Assembly (NCBI RefSeq): GCF_022045235.1
Contig: NW_027266264.1
Coordinates: forward strand, 86,118,001-86,182,000
Direction: 5' to 3'
DNA length: 64,000 nt
Source of the DNA: Haliotis cracherodii
Lineage: Eukaryota
Part shown: positions 24,001 to 35,097 of the stretch, piece by piece
How the letters are laid out: each line of letters begins with the position of its first letter
Numbering within the stretch: position 1 is the stretch's first letter
The notes under the pieces: model-generated
What the model was told of the DNA's origin: nothing
The model's database searches: none
The model's input: the letters and a program-made list of their open reading frames with translations, nothing else
Translations under genes and position numbers: made by a program

Positions 24001-26876
24001 ATGAAGGGTTCCAAACGGCAGAACTTTTAAAGTTTCATATTCAAAATACCCATGGCCTTGAAGCTGTTCCTCAGCATGGCACCAGTAGGACCATGTGTGG
24101 ACTGTGCATGATCTTGCTCAAGTCAAGTTGTCTGTTGGAGAAGCACATGGATCACCACATGCAGGAGCTGAAGAAGAACGCAAAGTTCGGGTATCAGTGC
24201 AGCGACTGCTCCCCGAAGATGCCCGTTTTCACTTCAAAGCAGCTGCTCATTCAACACATGCAAGCAGTTCATAGGAAACTGCAGACAGTGTCCTGCAACT
24301 GCTGTGACCTGATGTTCAACTGTGTCCTTGCCTTGGAGAAACATCGTCAGAAGGTACATCCTGTACAGCCACACTCAGTGGGGCGCCATGAACACACCAA
24401 GGTCACCTACCAGTGTGGAAAATGTAAAGTGACCAACCCATCAGCTGCTGCTTTGAAGAAGCATGATTGCAAGCCACAGACTCAGTCCATACCCACGGTG
24501 CCCATCACGGTAGCAATGTGTGCTAGATGTAAGTATATCATGGCAAGTGATTACTCGAAACATAAGTGCCCAATGGCTACTAAGAGTCCAGACAAAGCCT
24601 CATCAGAGTCATCTGTGGGCCTTAAGGGTCCGTCCAAACCTTTCCCCGTGCAGCTGATCACAATCTCGAAACAGTCCCTCGTGCCTCTATCAGGGAACAC
24701 AATTCGCTTGAAGAAGGTTAAAGACTTCAGTTGCAAGCACTGCAAAAAGTGTTTAGATTCGGCAGGAGAATTAGCAGCTCATCTACAGAGCTGTGAAAGT
24801 AATCTTCCCATGAAGAGAACTTTCAAGGCATCTCTGAAAAGTAGAAGCACTCTCAGTAGTTCCCAATATGTGTTTTCGTGCAACTTGTGTCATGCCAAGT
24901 TTCCTTCAAAAGACAGGCTATTAATCCACATCCAAGATCACAGCCACAATGGTGATAAGATGTGTTCGGTCTGCAAGGTGATGGTCTTCAAGACGAGAGC
25001 CCAACTGGAAGGGCATACTCCGTCTTGTAAGGGGCCTGATCTCGTAGCTGATCCAGACACCAAGGTTCAGTGCCGAGTATGCTGCCAATTCATCCAGCGG
25101 GTTTACTTGAAGAATCATATCCTCACACACATTACCAAGGGGAAGATGATGTGTCGCCATTGTCAGAGGATGCAGTTTCAAAGTCGAGAGGAGTTCAAAT
25201 CTCATGAGTATGCATGTGGTTTCACGGACTACCCCTTAGAGCACAATTACTGCTATGTCTGTGCGATGACGTTTGACTACCTCGAGCAGCTCGTTGTCCA
25301 CCTTCAGCAGCATGTGAAGGAGGGAACACTCGTGTGCTGTAAGTGTCAGAGATCCAATTTCAGTACAAAGGAGGAGTTGGAGGGTCACCACGAGACGTGT
25401 GGACAAGACTACATGAACATCCTGCCCGGCGAGATGTGCAGCCTCTGTCGGTGTTCATTGCAATATCGGCCAACAAGCTACTTGCACCGCCACATAACGC
25501 AGCATGTTACAAAAGGAGCTCTCATTTGCTGCCGGTGTCAGAAGATGGGATGGGAGAGCTTTGGTGAAGTGAAATCCCATCAAATAGGCTGTGGAATGTT
25601 CACGGAGAACTCAGCACTTCCGTTCCACCAACAAGACAGGAAGTGTGTGTGCACCATCTGCAACAGGGACTGCAGCGACATGAACGCTTTAATAGCTCAC
25701 CTGAAACGGCATGTAGCTAATGGACAGCTTATTTGTACAAAATGTCAGAAGAGGGGATGGAAGAATGCATCCACGTTGATGAACCATGAAGTAACCTGTG
25801 GCGTCACTCTTGCTAAGTCAGTCAAAGCTGGTTACAAGACAATGGATCATGTGTGTGAGCACTGTGGTAAGATGTTCCGCAAGTTCAACCTCCTGACAGA
25901 ACATGTGAAGAAGGAACATGTCAGTTTTCCGTGCCACCTCTGTGGTCTGTCATATGACACCAAATCAGCCCTGGTGAGTCATGTCGGTGTGGTTCATGAC
26001 GGTAAACGGTCTCTTTTCTCTTGTAATATATGTAAAGAGAAGAAAATTGAAAAGAGTTTTGCAAGTCAGTCGGGTTTAGAGAAACACATGAGGAAAATGC
26101 ACAAACACCATCGTCGTCGCTCTGATAGCTCTGACATCAGTAATACAGAAAGGCACAGCTCTGGTACTTCATCCAAGCCATCGTCCCCCCCACCTGTGAA
26201 GCGACTTCGAGTTGAGGGGGACTTGCATTATACTTGTGCCAAATGTCCTGTCGTCACGGAGGATGCTGTTCACTTTGCTGAACACATCAAGGAGCACAAC
26301 TCTGACAATGCCAACCAGTGTCCTGACTGTGGCCTCTGTTTCGCAATCCTGGCCACTCTCAAGAAGCACCTGTTCCTTGTCCACAAGATCCGAGACTCGT
26401 ACAAGTACTTGCGAGACAAGGGCATGAAGACGGAAGAGGAGGAAATAATTTCTGACTCGGAGGAACTGTCCCCACCACCAATAAAGAAATCCAGATGGAC
26501 GAACCATTCTATGGCGACAAGGAAGTCTGACAATCCACTTGAATGTACTGTATGTTCAACAACGTTTGATACTGACAAGCAGTTGAAGACACACATGAGA
26601 ATACATGGCATGGCATTCATTTGCTCCAACAAGAGAGCTGGTTCCGTTAAGTCTAGTCCCAGTGGAGATGCATCGCCAAAAGTGGCCCTATCGCCAGCCA
26701 AGTCATCAATTAGTTCAAGTTCTGACAGAAAGATTTCAAATAATGCTGGGAGCCAGGATGTGGAGAAGAAGACAGAGACTGATTCGGAGACCTTGGCAGA
26801 CACTCCACTGCCTGAGGACACACAGCAGACGCAGAGGCTTGTCAAGGTCAAACAGGAACCCATGGATTATGATTGA
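21015..26876 (+). CDS. ZNF532: Zinc finger protein of the ZNF532/ZNF592/ZNF687 family, 1953 aa, single coding exon
   Basis: Uninterrupted ORF preceded by acceptor ttttgcag (ending 20995) and an in-frame TGA at 20997. Family hallmarks: CLECGDSY.L..SL..H..R.S..I...C..C......NKCQLL.H.R.H, CPECG....F..H...C.H, QCPDCGLCF.....L.KHLF.VHK and C-terminal finger ending HMRIHGMAFI. The exact vertebrate paralogue cannot be resolved by eye. Confidence 0.9.
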   Translation: MMNGEAGSSGYSGASQAQHSSALPSPTDGSTADVNGCTKEDRPDQLMFKQCQESVNNVVKHDGAVFTGPSPPLICNGGTRCQDHSDAKSPDKRVRQLSAVCRSHDVVVDGVNPSDKDEQQSREVVQKVASDDTGGTTHVSVKGQKTFVKSESEKDTIDSNQTVCESLTLPEGRSETLLNVSDKSMEMDVINNGSKIESEDTPMEVDRENVELEGETVSSIGSSQDPEDTSWSGMADQESGPDSDAELRIEISDVRTVNFDEEVDLDSSDPLAIIDLENSEGLSRGNNSQEDFTSPITGDTSQAFEEEGDSSPQNGGNMEDGERQASPHGPTAGEASQVNQEEGDSPPQNGGNMEDGERQARSNGTTAGETSQVNQEEGDSSQQNGGNMEDGERQASPHGPTAGEASQVNTEEEESSPKHDGNMEDGEDQASPHGPTVGVNDRYTLCESSENGHEERPYLTGSTEGDSLVTKNQNGESPSTETQTQEADILHDLYQQTSSLHDPELNTLKASDAVKKADMESAPTTTQASTLLSNIAETVQKIKSEPQDQGYEDAQTSVQEARVGSCSKTQDMTERFRLPESMCRTEPSTVSHTVITQPASLITTLPSPKVLPYMAMKTMVTPTLPSRVISTTSVAPMSQALVATGMEGAQTKTVALLVPFRTQGNDRGPMFASLPTVSSKDTSSATAHSEIATSVTVSVASLEPVMSTNTLVSKSEEEVESFEKLVYDKCMQHEVKSIELGKVSEFLQRRNTMKCYKGSKHPSFADKKQQGCLECGDSYVLKTSLDHHMTRCSIVIKYHCDKCKGDFKFTNKCQLLTHLRLHVDASSTSKVPPPLKINSDNLSIVTPSEEDLQKATDKFNVPPKDPDKVMVRCLECRQVFANEKILKIHFGANELVCSFAFQCLVCSKVLPRLCALNAHMKIHSNMSDYVCPECGKPFTNKSMSFVRHLNDECYHQNRIFLLQCPVCNIHLESLPKIKEHCMKEHVKSIIKCSSCNEGFQTAELLKFHIQNTHGLEAVPQHGTSRTMCGLCMILLKSSCLLEKHMDHHMQELKKNAKFGYQCSDCSPKMPVFTSKQLLIQHMQAVHRKLQTVSCNCCDLMFNCVLALEKHRQKVHPVQPHSVGRHEHTKVTYQCGKCKVTNPSAAALKKHDCKPQTQSIPTVPITVAMCARCKYIMASDYSKHKCPMATKSPDKASSESSVGLKGPSKPFPVQLITISKQSLVPLSGNTIRLKKVKDFSCKHCKKCLDSAGELAAHLQSCESNLPMKRTFKASLKSRSTLSSSQYVFSCNLCHAKFPSKDRLLIHIQDHSHNGDKMCSVCKVMVFKTRAQLEGHTPSCKGPDLVADPDTKVQCRVCCQFIQRVYLKNHILTHITKGKMMCRHCQRMQFQSREEFKSHEYACGFTDYPLEHNYCYVCAMTFDYLEQLVVHLQQHVKEGTLVCCKCQRSNFSTKEELEGHHETCGQDYMNILPGEMCSLCRCSLQYRPTSYLHRHITQHVTKGALICCRCQKMGWESFGEVKSHQIGCGMFTENSALPFHQQDRKCVCTICNRDCSDMNALIAHLKRHVANGQLICTKCQKRGWKNASTLMNHEVTCGVTLAKSVKAGYKTMDHVCEHCGKMFRKFNLLTEHVKKEHVSFPCHLCGLSYDTKSALVSHVGVVHDGKRSLFSCNICKEKKIEKSFASQSGLEKHMRKMHKHHRRRSDSSDISNTERHSSGTSSKPSSPPPVKRLRVEGDLHYTCAKCPVVTEDAVHFAEHIKEHNSDNANQCPDCGLCFAILATLKKHLFLVHKIRDSYKYLRDKGMKTEEEEIISDSEELSPPPIKKSRWTNHSMATRKSDNPLECTVCSTTFDTDKQLKTHMRIHGMAFICSNKRAGSVKSSPSGDASPKVALSPAKSSISSSSDRKISNNAGSQDVEKKTETDSETLADTPLPEDTQQTQRLVKVKQEPMDYD
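21902..22326 (+). repeat. Coding tandem repeat, 105-bp (35-aa) unit x~4 in the acidic N-terminal disordered region
   Basis: CAGAATGGTGGCAATATGGAAG at 21951, 22056 and 22161, with a variant at ~22269; protein unit EEGDS..QNGGNMEDGERQA. Confidence 0.93.
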
Positions 26877-28711
26877 CGCGACAGACACATCTTCAGCCGC
26901 ATCCCTCAGTCATGATACTGTTGTGCTAGGTGACCTTCAGCTGATGTTTTCGTTATGACTGAGCATATCTTTGGTTGTTGTAGAATCTTGATTTGAATTA
27001 TCTCTCTGTGGAGGCCAGCCAGCCTGGTCTTTTGATTTTGTAGAAGCTGAGTATGCAGAGAAATGGCTTTCCATCTATGGATGGAACAGTTCACTGATGG
27101 GATGATATGTAATGATGCCTTGTCATGCTATAGGCCAAGGTTTGGTTCCCCATCTGATGTGTAAAGCCCATTTCCCCTGTTGTTATGAAACCGCTTAGCA
27201 AGCAACTGTCTGTGTCAAGAGACATTTCAGCATTGATCCCAGCATGTTTATCAAGCATACATGCTTGTTGTATTCTCTTGAGGGATATAATACCGTTCTT
27301 TTTTTTGTTTTGGCTAGTGCGTTCTTGAAAATGCACTGTACTTTTTATGATTTTATTTTGTATAGAGTGAGTACCTGTCCTATAAGAAAGCTTCCTCAGC
27401 TGTTTCAGCCCATAGCAGGACAGTATGACATCGTGGTTTCAGGAAGACTTCACCCCATTTCACGGTAATCACATCCTCGCAGTGTGTATCTCCATTGTTA
27501 TGATAAGTACCCTGGATCCACCTTAGCTTTATTTTGAACCTGCGTTCGAAATGGCTGCCTGCTTTCTAGCCAAATGCCAGAGACGTTTGAATTGGGCTAG
27601 TGACATTTCTGTAAAGATTGACCGACTGTCTAAGCGTCATTTAATGTCAAAGTCTGTTGTCATCTTTTCCAGCTGAAATATCTTTATTACGATCTTGTGA
27701 TTCCTCTAAATACATCTAGTAACTAAGATGAGGCTGAAATTTTGAATGTAGATCCATCCAGAACTGACGTTCAGAATAGGCATTTTGATTGGTTGTTAAC
27801 TGATATCAAGCTAGGGAAATTGTGTGCTCTGTTAGTGATATGGGAGCTGGAGCTGGTGACATCACGTTCAGCATGAAGCTCTGGTGGTGTGTGGGTCCAG
27901 GGTAGTCATCACTGGATGAACGAGGACCAGCTGTTCTTGGGTGTCACGGTTCCTTCTCTGTGGGACCAGGGTTACGTTTTAAATAATGTTTACTTTTTAT
28001 TCCTCTTCTACACAAATATTTTCGGTAAGAAATCAATAATTTATACAAGGAAATATGAACTGTCATGCAAATGTTCGGTCTCAGTAGGGGCGCAAAGACT
28101 ATACTTACAAATTGTTTTAGAAGTTGGTCAGGGTGCTTATTTAAAGCAGTGCGTTTAATAAGGCAAATACGATACATGTTTTGTCCCTACTTCTGTAATT
28201 TGGCAACTGCGGGAATTCCAGGGCAGAACAGTCTCCAGTCTCCATTGCTTGAGCTGGGACAATGTATGACCTAGCTGATGAGTCGTCATACTCCAGCAAG
28301 GAACAGCGGTCTTGCTGTTAATCTGTGCCTTTCCTGGCCCAGACTCAACTATTTACAGTCCGGGTGATACAGCTGGAATATTGCTGACTGGTGAAAAAAC
28401 TTGCACTAACTTTATGATGCAGCACTGTTGACTGTTCAGTGTATGTGTGATCTAGTCATGAGAAATTATATAATATGAATGTTGACATTACTTGGAAAAT
28501 GAAGTCTTCAAATCTACTTCCTGCTGCTATTTTTGTATATCCAAGATATTTGTGCTCAATGATATGCATTTATAACATTGCCTGGGTTTCAGTCATATAT
28601 TTTGAGGTTATGGATATAGTGTACAGTTTGTGAAACCAACATGTATCCTGTCAGCTTTGTTAGGCTGGACAAACTTTCATTTCTCACCATTGCCAAAGTG
28701 GTCAGAGTGTG

Positions 28712-29296
28712 CAGGGCTGGGACGAGTCCAAATTTTTACTACCCCGATACCTGACCCCCTTTATCCAGACCCCTCTGTGGTACCTGCTGTAGGTCTCAAG
28801 AGTTGGATAGAAAATGTCCAACTGAAATTGTTTTACCGGAGCCCTGTAAAACAATATTTAGATGCATGTTAAAAACGATCTGATCATGCATACACAAGAG
28901 TTGACTGAAGCTTTATCTTTACTCAAAAATAAGGAAGTCCGAAGTAATGCTTGCAGCTTTAGAGTAACCATGCAGTTTTATTGGGGGGTTTTGTCATTAG
29001 ACAATATATCACAGGACTACCCGTACCACAGGTCCAGGACTAGTCCTGCACCATGACCATGGAATATATTTATTTTATGAAAAAAAATAATCTAGAAATG
29101 CATACAAAAGCAAGTCTAGCCAGTTCAAGCTAGCTCTATTCCACAATATTCTGAAATCAGCATAGGGAATTTTATTTTATTTTTAGAATCAAGAAGTATA
29201 TTGTGTAATATAATATTTCCGAGACTAAATGTTAGTCTAGTCCTGGCCTTCAGTTACTCCGGTGTGCCGGGTCCAGAGTTACTCGGCCCAGCCCTA
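28712..29296. mobile_element. Probable hAT-like MITE (older copy)
   Basis: Termini CAGGGCTGGGACGAGT / ACTCGGCCCAGCCCTA; no clean TSD. Confidence 0.55.
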
Positions 29297-29960
29297 GTCT
29301 GCTCACATGTTCAATTACAGGGAGGCTGATTGTTATTCTTGGTCTGTTTACGGAAAGTTTTGTTCTGCAGATTTTTTTTCATTTGATTTATAGTGACTGT
29401 TTGGTCTACATCAAGATTGTTGGTCAAGAGATCCTTTTCATTGTATTTATGATGAAAGGCAAAGATTTACAGGGTCCCCAGAAAAAGGCACCACTAATCC
29501 CCAGAAACTCAGAAACCACCTTCATTTCAACAGGAAATTGATGGGATAAGAGATTATTGTTCCCTGCCATGAAGGGGAAGTGGGATATAGGAATGGGTGC
29601 TGTCCGTCACATTTTGTTTCCGGGGCAGAACTCACGACCCATAAGAGATACCTTGAGCAAACTTGGCACATAGATAGGTCTAGTGGTGAACTGGTGCCTT
29701 TTGATAGTTTGGGATTTTTTAAACATTTATCTTCCGAGTTTCCATGGCAAAGACTTTGACTTGAACTGAATATGGCGGTATTGGCGGGGAGATACAAGTA
29801 TTTCATGCTTGTTTTGTTTTGAAGAAAGTGCTCAGATAAGCATTATGGCCTAAACTGGTCAGTCTGCATGTTTTCATGTCCTATTATATCTAGAATAAAT
29901 TTGATTGTAAATTAATTCATTTACTTGGAATATTGATATTGCAGACTTGTGAATAGCTTG

Positions 29961-29966
29961 AATAAA
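29961..29966 (+). terminator. Candidate polyadenylation signal AATAAA for the first ZNF gene (~3-kb 3' UTR)
   Basis: AATAAA followed ~20 nt later by a GT-rich tract (GTTGTTTTGTTT). Another AATAAA lies at ~29894. Confidence 0.45.
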
Positions 29967-30377
29967 GTGTGCAACACTGTCTACAAGTTGTTTTGTTTCC
30001 TGGCATGCAATGCAGAGTCATGAATCATCATGTCGATCTTTTCAGCCATCTGTTGGAGCCACGGATGGCCCAATCATCTAAGCTGTCACAATTGACTGTG
30101 CAGAGTGGTGTCCCTTAGGTGTGCAAGGATCCTATAATTGTAAGGTGGCCCTGATCATTATCCTTGGTATTTCAGCAGCATAACTGCTGGTGAATTTCTT
30201 TTGGGTTTACTCACAGATTAATCTGATGCGCCGGCATGTGACTGAAAGTAGAGTTAAACCTGACTCACTCACTCACTCAGCTTTACACAATTATAATAAA
30301 GTGGTCAAATTGCATTATTAACCTTTCATGGCAATGATATCAAATCTGTGTGACATTTTTTACATTTATCCATAAAT

Positions 30378-30380
<3 letters not shown>

Positions 30381-30412
<32 letters not shown>
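30381..30412. repeat. (CA)16 microsatellite, possibly inside a small TTAA-flanked (piggyBac-like) element 30322-30576
   Basis: CA run visible; TTAACCTTT...AAAGGGTTAA ends. Confidence 0.85.
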
Positions 30413-30418
<6 letters not shown>

Positions 30419-31123
30419 TCAGGATTTCCTATCTTTCAGCACTAGTTTTAGAATATCATTTGGGGGGATTTCCTTTTTTAACATGTATCAGATACGAACT
30501 ATAATTTCGCTGGGCCTGTTTCTGGAGCAGAAAAGAAATGACTTCCGATAACTTAATGCATCAAGTCCTTAAAGGGTTAAAATCGGCCCCAGTCAACCTA
30601 TACAGGTTGTAAAAGGCGATGAATGGATCAGGTGTGATTTGTTTGTTTGTTTTTTTAAATGCCTCACTCAGCAATATGGCAGTCTAAATAATCAAGTCAA
30701 TCCAGTGATTGGCATCATGAGCATTGATCCACGCCAGTGGGATATGATGACATGCATCAACCAAGTCAGCAAGACTGACTGCCCAATCCCATAACAAGCA
30801 TAGTTGCCTCTTACTGCATGCATGTGTTGCTGAAGACCTTTTCTCTTCCTGGATCTTCCTGGCACGGGTCGGATCGGGTGTGAAACCTGGTGACTTGGTT
30901 GATTGTGTCCTAGTACATAAGCTGCATGGACTGTTCCTCATAATATTGTGACTGGAAAGAACAACAACATCCAATACAGGTTACTAGAGAGTCTTTATTG
31001 CCAGTAAAATTAACAGATAATGACACTGCAATGTACACATACATCCATATTCCGAACACAAATTTCATAATCAGTGACAAATGAGATCATTAGTCCTTAC
31101 ACAACGTAAACAAACAATTCAAG

Positions 31124-31601
31124 TCTTTGAAAGCATTTAGAAGTGATACACATGAGGAAGAGAATATATGAATGTCAACGTCTTTATTATGAGGAACACA
31201 ACGTTTCGGAGTATATGCTTACTCCATCACATTATTGCTTTGATCATTGTGGGTGCTAATTACCTAGCTGGCTTCCATTTGTCCATTCTTTCACCTGTCA
31301 GCGCTTATTACCATCGGCCTCCTGTTTGTCCAGTGTCCATTGCCTATTACCTATCTATGATAACTTAAGTACTGGCTTCCATACTATCAGCGCTAATTAC
31401 TGTAAAGTGTTGGCTTCCATTGTTAGTTTCTACCCTTTGTCAGTTTCCACCTTTTGTTATCTTATTAATGTTGTTGTCCCTAAATGTGTATATACATCTC
31501 TGCCTCATGGCATTCATTCACCCGAAGAAGGAGTAAGCATATACTCCGAAATGTTGTGTTCCTCATAATAAAGAAGTTGACATCCATAAACTCTCTTCCT
31601 T
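31124..31601. mobile_element. Inverted-repeat element resembling Penelope-like element pseudo-LTR ends, with hammerhead-like cores; flanked by 12-bp direct repeat AAACAATTCAAG
   Basis: ~75-bp inverted arms (31155-31226 vs 31529-31600); CCGAAGA-A-GGAGTA/TACTCC-GAAA at 31522-31551; direct repeats at 31112-31123 and 31602-31613. Related copy at ~33945-34090. Confidence 0.6.
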
Positions 31602-32315
31602 AAACAATTCAAGGTCGATAAGTCGTCCTGATAATACTTACAGGTAACACTATGGACTGTATGCTGGTTGTTCAGTACTTTGGATAATATAAGTACAATT
31701 ACACTTTCTGGTAAGTATCGTTGTAATTACAGTAAATGATCACACACTTGGCATGACACGCTATCTACAATAGACATAGACACATGACAAACATGTTGCC
31801 TGTACCCTGTGGGGGACCCTGGGGTGTTGACGCTCTAAAGGCAGCCGCCTTGCGTGGCATTACTTACCAACTGAAACCGGATGCTGGTCTGATATCCCAA
31901 GAGTGGAACATTTGAGTAATTTATGAAGGTCTCTCGCAGTTGGTGGCGAGTTTCATTACCTATTCAGATGTGAAGCTCTTCTCTAGTGGCAGTCTATGTA
32001 CATACCTAAAGATCTCTCCAAATGGCCTTCTATGTATAAATTGAAAAAGTAAAAGATAAGAAAAACTTTTCCAAATTCATCAATACCATCTTTAGAAATG
32101 TTGATGCTTTTAAAAAACATGTATGAGATTCTTGTCACTTTAATTTGTCATATTTCATTGTGACTTATGACCTCTATATGCATTTGACAATATCCCTGTC
32201 ATCTTGATATTAATATTATGTATGAATTAATATTATAATTTTTCTCATGTACCACCATTGGTGGGTCTTTCTGAGAATCAACTAAACTGATCTACAGTTA
32301 TCGGCACCTCCATAC

Positions 32316-32763
32316 TAGGGGTGTCATGATATATTGAAATATTGATACATGTATATTGCTATTGGTAAGCACTTAAAGTCAATAAATTGATAGTAAAATC
32401 AGTTTCCGATCAATAGTATCAGTTTCAGTTAGGAATATCGATAGTTGCGATTGTACATGCAATGCTGTTCAAATTTGTTTTTCTTTTGATCATGAGTGGT
32501 AGTAATTTACACATGGTAATGTGGAAGTTTCTTTTTCTTAAATTATTAGCGTCAAGAAAAGACAAATCAGGCATATCTCAAGCTTTACTTTTTATTTGTT
32601 GTTATGGTTATCAAATTCAAAGGAAACTTCAGTTCCAAGGTTTAATTCAACTCTAAAATCCATCTAAAATGATACACTGAAAACTATCAATATTTATCGC
32701 AATAATTGCTTGCAATATCAATAGTTATCGCAATAGTAATTTCCAGACCAATAGTCACCCCTA
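32316..32763. mobile_element. hAT-type MITE with 8-bp TSD CTCCATAC
   Basis: Termini TAGGGGTGTC / GTCACCCCTA; CTCCATAC at 32308-32315 and 32764-32771. A fragment of the same right end lies at ~2777-2850. Confidence 0.88.
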
Positions 32764-34934
32764 CTCCATACACAATCAACTAAGAATGAATAGACTGAAT
32801 ATAATACAAGTAGTAATTGCAAACATCACAGAATCCTAACATGCTAACCACATACTACTATGCAATGTTTGACTACTATGCAATGTTTGACATTGCATAT
32901 GAATCCTGTATTTACTCAATTAGGAAAATGTAGCATTCACTCAAACATTCATAATAAGAAATATAAAAGAAAGGTGAGAAGCACCTAAAAAATTAACTTA
33001 GGCCTAATTAATTATTTTATTAAGAACAAAGCGATGTGATCACCGTACAAGATATAAACATTTTACTAATACTGGAATAACATTAAACATAATTCTGGTC
33101 ACATAAGTTATACAACACATACAAAGATAGTATCTAGCACCTCTACATATTAATCACCTTAACAATCTAATGGTTTGTCCAAAGATCTGTCACTTGTGTT
33201 TTGCCAAGCGCAACATGGATGAAAGTGCAGTTAAAACAAGTTGATGTAATCAAGGTATGGGTTACAGTAGAACAAGGAAAGCCATTAACACGGACCAAAC
33301 CCATCCGTCTTTTACTTTCAGAAGCCCAAAATTGATGCTGAGGTAAGAAACTACTTTACCAACAACTTAAAAATAATGCCAGAGAAATAAAAGAACCTGA
33401 AATAGATAAGTATATTTACAAGAAAACTATATATGATCACTGCCACAATCTCTGGATTGATGATTATTTACATGCTGTCATCATTTGAAGGAGTGAGTGA
33501 GAGGTTTTATGCTACTTTTAGCAATATTCCAGCAATATCACAAAATGGGAACAACAGAAATGGCCTCACACAATATGTACACATGAGGGCACTAGGCCAC
33601 ACCTTTTAAATTTTATGTTTCACACATTTATTCCAACTTTTCCATACAAGGTTGGTCAAAATCAAAATAAATATAAATAGCTATGTCAATCATTTATTTA
33701 TTTATATGAAAGTCAGTCTGCCATGGAGTTAAAACTGCAGGTGGCCTCTTGAATCACTGATAGTGCTGGAGATATCCAATTTATATATAACATTTTTCAT
33801 TGTACATAAGAGGGACTAAATACTACTAGCAGGAGACATATTAATTTTTATAAAAAAAATTCTGTTTCATTTATTTCTTTTCCAGCTGCTTTTCAGTAGA
33901 GACAGCTGGCTATGAAATGAAAAATACAAAATGAGTGGCCTTAATGTGGATGTCAACTTCTTTATATTGAGGAACATATTATGTTTCGGAGTGTAGGTTG
34001 TAATAAAGAAGTGCCTCATTATAAAGAAGTTGACATCCATATATTCTCTGTCTTATGTGAATTCACTTCTAAATGCCATTCAAAGACTTGTCATAATTTA
34101 GCTTGAGTGTGGCGACAATAAACATCATAAAGCTAATTCAATAATTCACATACCTTGGGGTATAGATATTATGTGTAATCGGTCACAATCAAGTGAACAT
34201 ATTCTGGGGTAGTTTGGCAGTTAGCCTGGAGGTATAAGCATTGCTGGTCAGGATCATGGCCTCGCTTTGATTTTGACCTTGACATTGCTGGAGCAGCTTT
34301 ACGATTGCTCTACATATGATTACTTGGGAGTCTTGCCCTTTATAAATGTTTCAAATGCCATTCTCGACTTGAACCCTTAAAATGGTTTCACAAAATACTT
34401 GGCACACAACTATAAGTGGTCTTTAGACCATAAGATGTTCCATTTTAATAAAATAAAGCTTCCTAAATGGAGTAAGATCCTATAACTCAGAGAGGAGATT
34501 AAGATAACTAATTGAAATCCTGGCATTAAACAAAAGCATCAACTTTCAAAAACCAAGAAAACAGAGTCGGGGCATTTATCAGATTATCGTCTGGCTTATT
34601 GTCATGAAAGGTCAAGGTTATCATAAGCCATGAATACCACCTCTGCGGTATCAATTACTCTTGGAAAAAGTATGGGTAAGGCAATTTAACAATATCAGCC
34701 ACTTGTTCAAAATTGTTTCATTCATCTTTGGATTAATGAAATAGACCCAGAGCAAATGAATAAAAACTAGGATGTAGAATCTAGTTACAGAATCTAGATC
34801 TGCTATATATTTATACTTTTCGATGTGGCCATTTTGACTTTCTTTTCCCACATGATGCATCTTTGACAAAGATTTATAAGGCCGTTTTCACGTGGCTGTC
34901 GGTGGAAATGTTGATTAGTGTCCACTTTGACCCG

Positions 34935-35097
34935 TTTCCCGCCAAAAATGGCGGATTTCGTCCTGTGGTTTTGAGAAGTTACTCAACTGCGTTAGGTGAC
35001 AAGTCTTATCAACAGAACATGTTGTGTTGGCGAAAGCAAGTGACCCAGAGTAAACCTAAGTATACACAATAACACTGTTTGTACCGGATTCTGAGGT
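34935..35097 (+). promoter_or_regulatory. Candidate promoter and non-coding first exon of the second ZNF gene: overlapping E2F (TTTCCCGCCAAAA) and YY1 (AAAATGGCGG) motifs, donor GAG|GTAAA at 35095/35096
   Basis: Motifs visible in a CpG-enriched patch 5 kb upstream of the acceptor ttttacag at 40172. The exon linkage is inferred. Confidence 0.55.
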
